Part shown: positions 44,599 to 53,619 of the stretch, one piece after another
Layout: every line of letters begins with the position of its first letter
Numbering within the stretch: the stretch's first letter is position 1
Virus record (IMG/VR): IMGVR_UViG_3300042879_004886
Direction: 5' to 3' (one strand)
DNA from: an uncultured virus (IMG/VR IMGVR_UViG_3300042879_004886)
Lineage: Duplodnaviria; Heunggongvirae; Uroviricota; Caudoviricetes
Length of the DNA: 64,000 bases
Translations under genes and position numbers: made by a program
Notes under the pieces: generated by a model
What the model was told of the DNA's origin: nothing
Database searches by the model: none
What the model saw: only the letters and a program-made list of their open reading frames with translations

Positions 44599-45125
44599 AG
44601 TTCTTCCAGTAAATTTGATGGCGCGTCTGGATCCATTGTGTAATATGAATATTTGAACGCTGCCGTGGACTTTACAATATTTACGTCAACATTGTCTGTT
44701 TGAAAATTTATTCCACCCAAATTTACTGGTATCACGTTATGAAACGTAAACTTTAAATCAACGCTATTGCAGTTTATTGGATTTAAAATTTCCAAATTTG
44801 CCTTTATATGCCAGCTCTGGTAAAGAATATTATGGTCAACATCATTTTCTATATTTGTAATATTTCTTATCCAAGAGTATAAACTTTTCCAATTCGTTAG
44901 ATCATAATCAACTATAAATTCTATTCTGAGTGGGTCAAAAGTTGTTGCAGTGGTTGCATAAGGAATAGTTGTTCCAAGTGCTGTTGGTTGTGTAGCCTCG
45001 CCCACGGCAATACCTGGCAAACTTACTTTTTGACACATCAATTCAAGTTGTCTGGTTCCCCTGGAGAAGACAAGTCTAAAATAATTGTTGTACAGGGGAT
45101 TTATGGAGTTTGAACAGATTGGCAT
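44595..45125 (-). CDS. gp3: Tail completion/sheath stabilizer gp3
   Basis: CQKVSLPGI, FDPLRIEFIVD..L.NW..LYSW; downstream of gp23; CATAAATA at 45131-45138. Confidence 0.8.
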   Translation of the reverse strand: MPICSNSINPLYNNYFRLVFSRGTRQLELMCQKVSLPGIAVGEATQPTALGTTIPYATTATTFDPLRIEFIVDYDLTNWKSLYSWIRNITNIENDVDHNILYQSWHIKANLEILNPINCNSVDLKFTFHNVIPVNLGGINFQTDNVDVNIVKSTAAFKYSYYTMDPDAPSNLLEEL

Positions 45126-45140
45126 AAAAATATTTATGGT

Positions 45141-45171
45141 AAAAGAAAAACCTCCCGATTTCTCGGGAGGT
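45141..45171 (-). terminator. Rho-independent terminator after gp23
   Basis: ACCTCCCGA-GAAA-TCGGGAGGT followed by TTTTCTTTT. Confidence 0.9.
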
Positions 45172-45199
45172 CTTCGTGTGTCTTACACACGGTCACCTA

Positions 45200-46624
45200 T
45201 TAGATGGTGTTGCCGTGGAGGTTCTTGATTACAGAGAATCTGTAGTATTGATTCAATCCCTTGCTCAAGGTTTCGCCGTCTGGTTGCAAGGTTGTTCCGT
45301 TGAGGACGTAGGGGTTGGCTACGACACCATAACGGGTCTTGAAGGCGATTCTTGGCTGGAAGGTAGCTGGATCAACTGCACGTACCATTTGTAGCGGAAC
45401 GTATGGGCAGTAGAACAAGCCTGAATCATATGGCGATTCACCCTTATAACCGGTTACAAAGAAGTTTACGCCGGCTGGGCTGTAAGGATCAATGTAGACC
45501 TTGATCTTACCGTGTAGGATACCAGCAAATGTGCTTTGTGTATCATCAACGTTAAGTTGTGGGGCGATTGCTGGGCTGAGGCTCATGAAACCAGACATTG
45601 CAAGGGCTGCTGCGGTATCACTATCGCAGATTACAAAGTTGCCCTTACCACGACGTGTTTCCTTGGCGATTGCATTGCATTCACGCTCGATTTGGAAGCA
45701 AAGACCACGGAAGCGTTCAGCTGACCAACGACCATCTGAATCTAGATCAAGGTCGTATTCACCTTTAGTGCTCAAATCAATTTGCTGAGAACCATTGCGA
45801 GCGACCCAGTAAATTGTCTTGACGATCTCGCGGTTAATTTCAGCAAGAATTTCTGTGCTGAGCAAGTTTGCGAGTTCGGCTTCGGCATCGAGACCGTGGA
45901 CGGCCTTGAGGTCTTGAGCCAATTCGACAGTGTAGTTGCTGCTTAGAGCGCGTGTACGAGCTTGAACGGCAACGCGGTCGATGGAGAAGGCCATTTGGTT
46001 CCATGTGGCATATGCACCACCGCTTGTCGAGGAACCAATGTTTTCACCATTGTTTGTTATAATACCACGGATGGCATCAATGCTTGAAGCGCCTCTTATT
46101 ACAGATGGATCAGCCGAAGCCAAATTAGTACCACCGCAAGCACCGCAGATACCGCGAAGAGCTCTGAACGATGCATCCAAGGTCCAACCAGAACCACCAA
46201 AGGATGGTTGTGGCTCTTGGAACATGGCTTCTGTGTAAGCAGTGATGCTTCCATAGGTTCCACCGCCACCATGGTTTGCACGCATTGCAAAGATGAGGCC
46301 GGTTGGAGCAGTCATTGGCTGAACGCCGCAGATGTCATAGGCCATCAAGTTTGGCATGGCGCGACGAACCAAGCTGATTAGGACGGGGTCATAACCGGAT
46401 GGGTTTTGGCCAAGGTTGTTGAAAGAAGTCGGCATTCCGAGGTTAGCGGATTGCATATCTTCTGTGAGGTGTTGTGAACGAAGGGCTTGCTCTTGGTTCT
46501 CTAAGAGAACTGCAGTAACCTTCTTACGATAGTCATCCTTGATGGAGGGGAGTGCATCGTGACCGAGCACTGGTTCCCACTTCTCAGTCAAGATATCATA
46601 TGGTGTGTTGTCAGAAAAGTTCAT
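45200..46624 (-). CDS. gp23: Major capsid protein gp23
   Basis: LISLVRRAMPNL.AYDICGVQPMT.PTGLIFAMR, ELAQDLKAVHGLDAEAEL, FYCPYVPL, FKTRYG. Confidence 0.98.
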   Translation of the reverse strand: MNFSDNTPYDILTEKWEPVLGHDALPSIKDDYRKKVTAVLLENQEQALRSQHLTEDMQSANLGMPTSFNNLGQNPSGYDPVLISLVRRAMPNLMAYDICGVQPMTAPTGLIFAMRANHGGGGTYGSITAYTEAMFQEPQPSFGGSGWTLDASFRALRGICGACGGTNLASADPSVIRGASSIDAIRGIITNNGENIGSSTSGGAYATWNQMAFSIDRVAVQARTRALSSNYTVELAQDLKAVHGLDAEAELANLLSTEILAEINREIVKTIYWVARNGSQQIDLSTKGEYDLDLDSDGRWSAERFRGLCFQIERECNAIAKETRRGKGNFVICDSDTAAALAMSGFMSLSPAIAPQLNVDDTQSTFAGILHGKIKVYIDPYSPAGVNFFVTGYKGESPYDSGLFYCPYVPLQMVRAVDPATFQPRIAFKTRYGVVANPYVLNGTTLQPDGETLSKGLNQYYRFSVIKNLHGNTI

Positions 46625-46664
46625 TTTAGTAATATCTCCTGTTGAGTAAAATTATTTAGTAAAT

Positions 46665-47672
46665 TTAAAGTTTCTTGTTGATTCGCCCCAACGCAGTTGC
46701 GTATCCCTCGACCAAAGTTGTTGGAGCTTGATTAACCTTGGTAAAAGTTTGTTCTTCTGTGATTACCTTGGCTGGAGCAGGTCTTGTTCCTTGAAGGTAA
46801 TTTTCCTTGATTGCAATTAACTTGTTGCGGTATTCGTCAACGCTTTCGAAGCTGACGCTTTCCATCAAGGATTGCAATTTTGCGATTTGAGTATCGGCCA
46901 AATCTCTTGTTTCAGCAACGAAGATTCCAGCGCATTCGCTGAGAGAAACTTCTTTCTTTAGCTGAAGATTTGTGTTGATTGCATGATTCAATTGCTCTTG
47001 GAGTTCCTTGTTCTGGGCGTAGAGCTCGTCAAGTACGTTGTACTTCTCTGCAGGAACGTCGATGTAGTGATTCTCAAAGAGATTCTTGAGACCTACGATA
47101 AAGTTTTCTGCAATTTGAGTCTTGACTCCTTGTTCTACGGCAACAGCATTTTCTGTCATCCATTCTTCAACAACGTATTCTAGGTAATCGTCTACCTTTT
47201 CAACCAAATTGTTGGTTACGTTGGTTAAGTAGTTTGCAACGTTTTGGTCAACTTCTTCAAGAACCAAGGCAACATTGTTTTCTGTCTTTTGTTGGACTGC
47301 AGCTTCAAAGACGGCTTCAAGCTTTGAAACCAATTCTTCAGAAGCGTTGTCTTCACCTAGAAGAGCAATAACTGCATCGCGGAATTGAGCCTTGTAGGCT
47401 TCTTCCATTTCCTCTTGCTCTGATTCTTCTTCGGTTTCCTCTTGTTCCTCTGCCTCTGGCTCTTGCTCTTGTTGAGCACCACCACCCATTACGGGATTGG
47501 CTGCGGCCATTGCAGCGACTTGTGTAGGAACTTGTGAACGCATTTTGTTTGCCATGCTGAAATCTACAGCAGCGGGAAGCATGTCGCTCTTACCGTCTGG
47601 GAGCATACTTACACCATTTGCTGGCATTTGCATGATTGTTTCTGTCAATGATAATTTGTTTGCTTTTTTCAT
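46665..47672 (-). CDS. gp22: Prohead core scaffold gp22
   Basis: FEAAV, VDDYLEYVVEEWM.EN, GLKNLF..HYIDVP; TATAAATA at 47697-47704. Confidence 0.9.
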   Translation of the reverse strand: MKKANKLSLTETIMQMPANGVSMLPDGKSDMLPAAVDFSMANKMRSQVPTQVAAMAAANPVMGGGAQQEQEPEAEEQEETEEESEQEEMEEAYKAQFRDAVIALLGEDNASEELVSKLEAVFEAAVQQKTENNVALVLEEVDQNVANYLTNVTNNLVEKVDDYLEYVVEEWMTENAVAVEQGVKTQIAENFIVGLKNLFENHYIDVPAEKYNVLDELYAQNKELQEQLNHAINTNLQLKKEVSLSECAGIFVAETRDLADTQIAKLQSLMESVSFESVDEYRNKLIAIKENYLQGTRPAPAKVITEEQTFTKVNQAPTTLVEGYATALGRINKKL

Positions 47673-47708
47673 GTCAATTTGTCCTTGAACTTTAATTATT
47701 TATAAAAT

Positions 47709-48395
47709 TTATAGCCTAATACTTCCAGCACCAGATGCCACTTGCTGATATTGTCTCTTTCCTAATTTTGATATTTGGTCGCTGACGTAATCTACACCCA
47801 TTACTTTTGTGGCATAATCGAAAGGGTCAGCACCAAGGAGTGCCAAACGTCCCAATTTTCCGGATATGGCCGAACCAAGTTGGCCCATGTTTGTATTTAA
47901 AATTGCAGCGGCCAATCCTGTTTTTGCTGCCTTGGATGTGGCGTATCTACCAAGTTTTCCAAGATCGGTTCCACCTTTTCCTACAAATGGAACGCCCAAC
48001 ATTTCTACTCCAGCACTTGGATCCGTGCTGTAGCCCATGGTTCTCTTTAAAGTTCCAAGAGCCCCCAAATATTCTAAACTTGGTTGATTGGATGATTTTT
48101 CTTTTTCCAAATCATACCCTTGTGCACCAAGACCAGATTTTAACGCCATGCTGTAATATTTTTTATCAGACATTGGTTTTACATTTCCGCCGGCACCCCC
48201 GGTGCCACCACCTCCGAATCCACCGACTTGAGCAGCCGCAGCACGCGCCTGCATTTCAGGTGTGATTAATTCTCCTCCGCCCGTCCAATCTGGAGCTGCT
48301 GGATTTATTTTTTTGCGGTTGGCACCGCCCCCGGGTGGTGATTGCTCATTCAGTACTTTGAGCAAAAATGATTTTGTTTGTTCGTCCAAATACAT
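47709..48395 (-). CDS. Hypothetical Gly/Ala-rich protein between gp21 and gp22 (possible internal head protein)
   Basis: Coupled to the gp21 stop; N-terminal L-x-E motifs. Confidence 0.6.
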   Translation of the reverse strand: MYLDEQTKSFLLKVLNEQSPPGGGANRKKINPAAPDWTGGGELITPEMQARAAAAQVGGFGGGGTGGAGGNVKPMSDKKYYSMALKSGLGAQGYDLEKEKSSNQPSLEYLGALGTLKRTMGYSTDPSAGVEMLGVPFVGKGGTDLGKLGRYATSKAAKTGLAAAILNTNMGQLGSAISGKLGRLALLGADPFDYATKVMGVDYVSDQISKLGKRQYQQVASGAGSIRL

Positions 48396-49039
48396 TATAG
48401 GTTCTTAAAAAATTGGTTGAATACCTTTACCATGTTTTCGGAAAGATCTTTTTTGGAGGACTTTTTGATCAAATTTTTTGCTCTTTGAAGTTGTCTTTCT
48501 TCCCAGATACCATTGTCAAAGACCCATTCTTTTCCTTCCATGATTCCATTTACGAAAGCATTTGGGGCAGAGGGATCTGCGACAATGTCAATTGCAGCCA
48601 ACATGAAGTCTTCTTGAACTTCTTGATAGCCATTCTTGGCTTTTAAAGATCCCATTCCTCTTGTAGAAACTCCAAGCTGGGCACCTTCGTCAATTAAATT
48701 CTTTACGATTTTTCCCATTGGTGTATCTAGGACTTTGGCCTTTCCATAAACATTTTTTCCATCTTCATGGAGTTCCTTGACAATGTGTGAAACCCTGTCA
48801 AGATTTACGGTTGGCCCGGTTGGATGGTTTAATTCACCTAGAGCGCGACCTTTATTAACATATTCAGTGATGTATCTTCCAGTTTCCTTGGCAAGAGTAT
48901 TTTTTGGATAAATTCTGCCATTTCTGTTTTTTACATCAGATTGCATGAAAATACCTTCAATGAAGTAATTTTTGTCTCCATTGCCGACATTTTCTTTGAT
49001 ATACTTAATGTCTTCTGTTAGTTCTGTAATTAACTTCAT
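48395..49039 (-). CDS. gp21: Prohead protease gp21
   Basis: MKLITE, NRNGRIYP, ALGELNHP, GVSTRGMGSL, DIVADPSAP. Confidence 0.97.
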   Translation of the reverse strand: MKLITELTEDIKYIKENVGNGDKNYFIEGIFMQSDVKNRNGRIYPKNTLAKETGRYITEYVNKGRALGELNHPTGPTVNLDRVSHIVKELHEDGKNVYGKAKVLDTPMGKIVKNLIDEGAQLGVSTRGMGSLKAKNGYQEVQEDFMLAAIDIVADPSAPNAFVNGIMEGKEWVFDNGIWEERQLQRAKNLIKKSSKKDLSENMVKVFNQFFKNL

Positions 49040-49043
49040 TTTT

Positions 49044-49229
49044 TTATTTCTTCGTTAGAAGTGTTTTTTGTTGTGAAATATTCTCAAATATAACCTTAGA
49101 CATTTCAACATACTTTTCGGACAGAGCTTTACCAACTTTGTCATATAATACCTCTGACATGTTTTTCTTAAATTCTACTGCGTTTTCTTCAATTACGTTT
49201 TTCATTAAGTCCCGTGTGGTTTTGCTCAT
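49044..49229 (-). CDS. Small prohead core protein (gp67/68 position)
   Basis: Synteny between portal and protease; helical. Confidence 0.55.
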   Translation of the reverse strand: MSKTTRDLMKNVIEENAVEFKKNMSEVLYDKVGKALSEKYVEMSKVIFENISQQKTLLTKK

Positions 49230-49636
49230 TTGAATAGTCCTTTTGATTTTTGATAAAAATCCAGATGTTGTTTTAAAGAATTTGATGAGTTAAAGACATT
49301 TTCAGTCATTAATTTTTTTGATTTTTTCCCTAAGTTATCAAATAATTCTTTTAATGCCTTTACTTCAAATTCAGTAATATTTATAATGCTTCCATCTTTT
49401 AATTGAATCTTTCCAGGAGATTCCATAATATTCAAAAAAACTTTTAGTTCCTTGGTCGATTCATTTACTTCTTGCTTATAGAATAAATTTTTGTGGCTTT
49501 CATCAATAACATCAGAAAGGGCGTTATTGAGTTTTATGGAGAGACTTTGAACCAAATTTTTTTTAAAATATGGCTCATTGTCTTCCAGTAAAGCGTTTAT
49601 TCCATTTTTTATTAATTTTTGAGAGATGTCCGTCAT
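49226..49636 (-). CDS. Prohead core-like protein (gp67/68 position)
   Basis: Synteny; ATGA overlaps at both ends. Confidence 0.55.
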   Translation of the reverse strand: MTDISQKLIKNGINALLEDNEPYFKKNLVQSLSIKLNNALSDVIDESHKNLFYKQEVNESTKELKVFLNIMESPGKIQLKDGSIINITEFEVKALKELFDNLGKKSKKLMTENVFNSSNSLKQHLDFYQKSKGLFK

Positions 49637-51195
49637 TGCTGTTCCTCTTGCCCCTGAGCCTCAATTTGTTGTTGTGCCATGAGGGCCATTTGTTGAGCTT
49701 GTAGCTTTTGGTTGTCTTCTGCCATCTGTTTATCGAGTTCTTGCAGTTCTTGTTCTGTTTGACGCAAAATTTTTCTTCTAACATACTCAACTGAAAAGTA
49801 TTTTCCAAGATATGGCTCAACAAAGGAAAGAATTTTCATTCTTTCTGCTAAAATTTCAGTTTCTTTTAAATCCCAGAAATAGTTATCCGTATTGTATATA
49901 AACTTTACGTCATTCTTGAGTTCGTACCAATCATCATCTGTCATTACACCTTTCAAAATCAATTGGACTCTAAGGAAATCCAAGAACATATATGAGAATT
50001 GGTGACGAAGTCTTTCTATGAATTTATAAAACTTTACTTCTTCTCTGGTGATTTCAACAGATCTTCCCATATTGAATCCAGTTTGATCCGCCATGAGTCT
50101 GCTAAGAGGAACGTTCAAAGAAGAATACAACTTCTTCTTGAAGTAATCCACATCTTCAATCTGTGACATTGCGTTTCCACCCGGAAGAGTTATGATTTCG
50201 GTTCCTCTTGAACCTTCTCTTCGTGGCAACCAATAATCCTCAAGAATTGAAAGATGGTTTCTTTCGTCTCTCACTTCTCCGGTTGCCTGATTGTAGATTA
50301 GCCTGTTTCTAAAACGGCTCATCATGTCCCTCATGTACTGTTCGGCCTTTTGCTTTGGAAGCTGACCTACGTCCACATAAAAGACTCTGCGCTCTGGTGC
50401 TCTCGCAACTCTGTACACCAACAGAGAATCTTCCAATTGGCGTAACATGTTTAGTGGTCTTATTGCCTTATGCAGGTATCCGAGAACACGCTTGGAATTC
50501 AAATCAATTATTCCAGAAGGACAATAAACCACGCTATCAACCGATAATTTTAGTCCAGAAGGACCAGTTGCGAGAAAAGTATCTTTTTCTGTATTTGTGT
50601 ACAGATAATATTCTTCGATGCTTTTTATTACAGATACCGTTTGATTTGAAACTTTTTCTGCCTGCTTATCGACTTTTCTTATTTTTTTAATCTTTAGTGG
50701 ATCTATTGGAATTATTTCCTTGATTCCATCTGTTGGTCTCTCTTTGTCGATTACTATGTTGTAAAAGATCTTAGAATCGATGTACCAGCGTCTAAAAATT
50801 TCATAGGATTTTCCATTAAAATCTAAAAGCTGTATGATTCTGTCAAATTCCTTGTAGACCTTCATCTTTATTTGTTCTGGAATTTGAACGTCTTTTAAAT
50901 CTATTTTAAGTGGTTTTTTGTCTACGCCTGGAACTATGGATGCATTGACGATTTCATCAACTGCATTGTCGATTTCGGGGTATACGGACATATTGCGATA
51001 TTGAATTATCGCCGCATTTTCATCTCTTAAATTAACTCCATAATCAAGAGCAGAACCATAAAAGCCACCAGCTTCTACGGTTACGGTTCCATCATACATT
51101 TCTGGTGCAGCAAAAGAGCGCAATGCCTTTTCTTGCTTCTCTTCTTTTGCACCTTGTTTTCTTCCAAACTGAAATCCAAAAGCTTCAATTTCCAT
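49633..51195 (-). CDS. gp20: Portal protein gp20
   Basis: YLHKAIRP.N.LR..ED, RAPERRVFYVDVG, EDYWLPRREG..GTEI.TLPGG. Confidence 0.98.
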   Translation of the reverse strand: MEIEAFGFQFGRKQGAKEEKQEKALRSFAAPEMYDGTVTVEAGGFYGSALDYGVNLRDENAAIIQYRNMSVYPEIDNAVDEIVNASIVPGVDKKPLKIDLKDVQIPEQIKMKVYKEFDRIIQLLDFNGKSYEIFRRWYIDSKIFYNIVIDKERPTDGIKEIIPIDPLKIKKIRKVDKQAEKVSNQTVSVIKSIEEYYLYTNTEKDTFLATGPSGLKLSVDSVVYCPSGIIDLNSKRVLGYLHKAIRPLNMLRQLEDSLLVYRVARAPERRVFYVDVGQLPKQKAEQYMRDMMSRFRNRLIYNQATGEVRDERNHLSILEDYWLPRREGSRGTEIITLPGGNAMSQIEDVDYFKKKLYSSLNVPLSRLMADQTGFNMGRSVEITREEVKFYKFIERLRHQFSYMFLDFLRVQLILKGVMTDDDWYELKNDVKFIYNTDNYFWDLKETEILAERMKILSFVEPYLGKYFSVEYVRRKILRQTEQELQELDKQMAEDNQKLQAQQMALMAQQQIEAQGQEEQQ

Positions 51196-51208
51196 ATAAT
51201 TCCTTCAC

Positions 51209-51748
51209 TTAAGTAATGTCTCTTATGTTTATGTAGTCGTAAATCAAAACAACGTCAAATACGTTTATTGTATTTGGTCTATTCATATTAAAATTTATTG
51301 GATTTATGACTTTTGGCCAGCATCCATATAAAGTCATTTGCTTCAATACATTTGCGTTTGTCTCGTCACCATTCAAATTTAGATGATTAACTCTCCATGT
51401 TGCCTTAAATGTATCTGGTCGGTGGTTTAACACCGAAATATCAACATTGTTTTCATCATGATCATTTAATGCGTCTTGCCATTTTTGAAATGCTGCCCAA
51501 AGATCACCAAATCCAGTATCATCCATTACTGATATGCTCCACGCAGAATAAGTTTTTTCTCCGGGATAATGTGATTTTCTTCCTCTATAGTCGTAACTTA
51601 ATGTCGTTGTCTGGAGAGCTGGAATTTGTGTTGCGCGAATGTGAAATCTGCTAACTTGGGTGCCACCTGAAAAAGGTATATTTCCTTCAACATAAAATCT
51701 ATTGAGCCTTGCACCACCTTGAAAATTTTGTTTAAAATCGTTAAGCAT
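51209..51748 (-). CDS. gp19: Tail tube protein gp19, copy 2
   Basis: GGARLNRF, YRGR....PGE, W...V.DD, LYGCWP. Confidence 0.85.
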   Translation of the reverse strand: MLNDFKQNFQGGARLNRFYVEGNIPFSGGTQVSRFHIRATQIPALQTTTLSYDYRGRKSHYPGEKTYSAWSISVMDDTGFGDLWAAFQKWQDALNDHDENNVDISVLNHRPDTFKATWRVNHLNLNGDETNANVLKQMTLYGCWPKVINPINFNMNRPNTINVFDVVLIYDYINIRDIT

Positions 51749-52284
51749 TAGTTAATTGATTGAATCTTTAAATAATCAAAAGTTAGTGTTACTCTGAATA
51801 CAGACGGCTCTACGGAACCCATGTCCAAAGTAAGAGCGCCTATTTCACTTGGCCAGCAATTAAAAAGTTCTATCACTCTGAGATCATTTCCATTTAAATC
51901 CAATTGACGAATTTTCCATGTTTTTTGCAAATTGGAATATGAAAAATTATTTCCGCTTACTTGGTGGGTTTCGTGACCGTCCATCAACTCTTTCCATTTA
52001 TTGAATGCCCTCCAGATATTTCTGTCGTTTGTATCATCATAAACATCTACAGCCCATACAGAGTATTGGCGATCACCGGGCAAATAATAAGCTCTTCCAC
52101 GGTAAGGAATGGATATTGTTCCAACTTCGTTTCTCGGCAACGAAGAAGCAAAAATTTTAACTCTAAGATCATTGAGGTTGGGAGAATTTATGGCAGATGG
52201 CCAAAAACCAGAAACAACGAATTTGTTGGCTCTTGTTCCGCCGTTGAATCCAGCTTTAAAATCTTTTATCGAGTTATTTGGCAT
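51748..52284 (-). CDS. gp19: Tail tube protein gp19, copy 1
   Basis: GGTRANKF, IPYRGR....PGDR, QLDLNG, NCWPSEIG, TLTFDY. Confidence 0.9.
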   Translation of the reverse strand: MPNNSIKDFKAGFNGGTRANKFVVSGFWPSAINSPNLNDLRVKIFASSLPRNEVGTISIPYRGRAYYLPGDRQYSVWAVDVYDDTNDRNIWRAFNKWKELMDGHETHQVSGNNFSYSNLQKTWKIRQLDLNGNDLRVIELFNCWPSEIGALTLDMGSVEPSVFRVTLTFDYLKIQSIN

Positions 52285-52289
52285 TTATT

Positions 52290-53585
52290 TTATTGTATTA
52301 GAGAAACGTTTATTACAAACGAATCAACTCCCAGTATCGGTTTTACGGTAACATCTATTGTCAACGTTGATGTATAATCTGGAGTGTTGTTTGTGGAATC
52401 ACAAGTTGCATAAGACTGAGATCTTACTATTGCGTAAGAGTATTCGTCCAAAATAGCCTCAACTTCCGTTTCCACTGCAGACCTTGTGTTTGCATCATTG
52501 AGTTCAAAGAGATATTTTGTTCCAATGTCAGTTACTCTCTTTGTCAATACTTTCTTTAGATATGCTGGCCCAACTCTCTCAGAAACAGCAACAGAGCTTG
52601 CACTTCCCGTTGCACCAACTAAATCTGAGCCAAGGAATGTTGGGTCATAATTTACATAAAAGTTTACTCTATTGGATCTTAGAGTTGACTTCAGTGTGCT
52701 ACTCCACTCTACGGTATTTGTAATTTTGTTGTTTAAAATTCTAGATCTGTCCAGACCACCTACAGTCAAGAACAATTGATTTAGATTTTTTGCAGAATTA
52801 AAGGCACCGGCAACATCAGCTATGGCAGGAATCGCATATTCAAGCTCCCCACCTGTTTGTAGGGAAGTTGCACTATATGTTCCACCATTTATTCCATAAA
52901 CATTGAATATTCTGTCTGCAACCGTGGTTCCCGTTAAATACTGAGAACCACCAAGGTAAGTTGTAAAATTTGAAGCAGTTACGCCATCACCCGATCCATT
53001 TCCGGTTGGAAAAATTCCAACAGTATATGGTTTTTCTCTGAACCATTGAAGATTTCCATTATTCAGAGTATTTCCTAAAAATACTTCTATAGTTTTGTTA
53101 TTTGTCGATTCATATTCATCTAAACCAGTTGTGGTTCCAGCAATAACAAGGGTTCCTCCATAAGCCAAAGAATGAAGAGCGTGCAAAAAGTCGTTACCAT
53201 TTGGAGTTTTTGCGGAAATATTGCTTGAGCTAAGTTGATTAAAAAATCCAAAAGTTCCACCAGAACCAGTATAAGATATCAAGCAAGAGGTGACACCAGA
53301 AAGCTTGTTTAATTCCCCCACAAGCGCCGATGGTGTTGAATATACTATGTACTTGTTGCCAGTGTTTCCGATTGCCGGGCTGCTTTTGTAATTTCTGGCA
53401 TAAATTAGCCAACCAAAAAGACCACCTGGATCTTTTTCAGCAGCACCAGATACACCGCTAAATGCGGGCAAATTGAAAGTGGAACCTGCAACCATACCCA
53501 TTATAAGGGGATTTGCAGAGGGTACATTTACATTGAATTGGGTTGAACTGAGAAAAGAACTTAGAGTTGGATTAGTGTTTGGCAT
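52290..53585 (-). CDS. gp18: Short, divergent tail sheath protein gp18
   Basis: Between gp17 and gp19; C-terminal YLFELND..TR, CDSTNNTP, DVTVKP sheath motifs; TATAAATA at 53607-53614. Confidence 0.75.
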   Translation of the reverse strand: MPNTNPTLSSFLSSTQFNVNVPSANPLIMGMVAGSTFNLPAFSGVSGAAEKDPGGLFGWLIYARNYKSSPAIGNTGNKYIVYSTPSALVGELNKLSGVTSCLISYTGSGGTFGFFNQLSSSNISAKTPNGNDFLHALHSLAYGGTLVIAGTTTGLDEYESTNNKTIEVFLGNTLNNGNLQWFREKPYTVGIFPTGNGSGDGVTASNFTTYLGGSQYLTGTTVADRIFNVYGINGGTYSATSLQTGGELEYAIPAIADVAGAFNSAKNLNQLFLTVGGLDRSRILNNKITNTVEWSSTLKSTLRSNRVNFYVNYDPTFLGSDLVGATGSASSVAVSERVGPAYLKKVLTKRVTDIGTKYLFELNDANTRSAVETEVEAILDEYSYAIVRSQSYATCDSTNNTPDYTSTLTIDVTVKPILGVDSFVINVSLIQ

Positions 53586-53619
53586 TCCTCGACCTGTTTC
53601 TTAGAATATTTATAATTTT

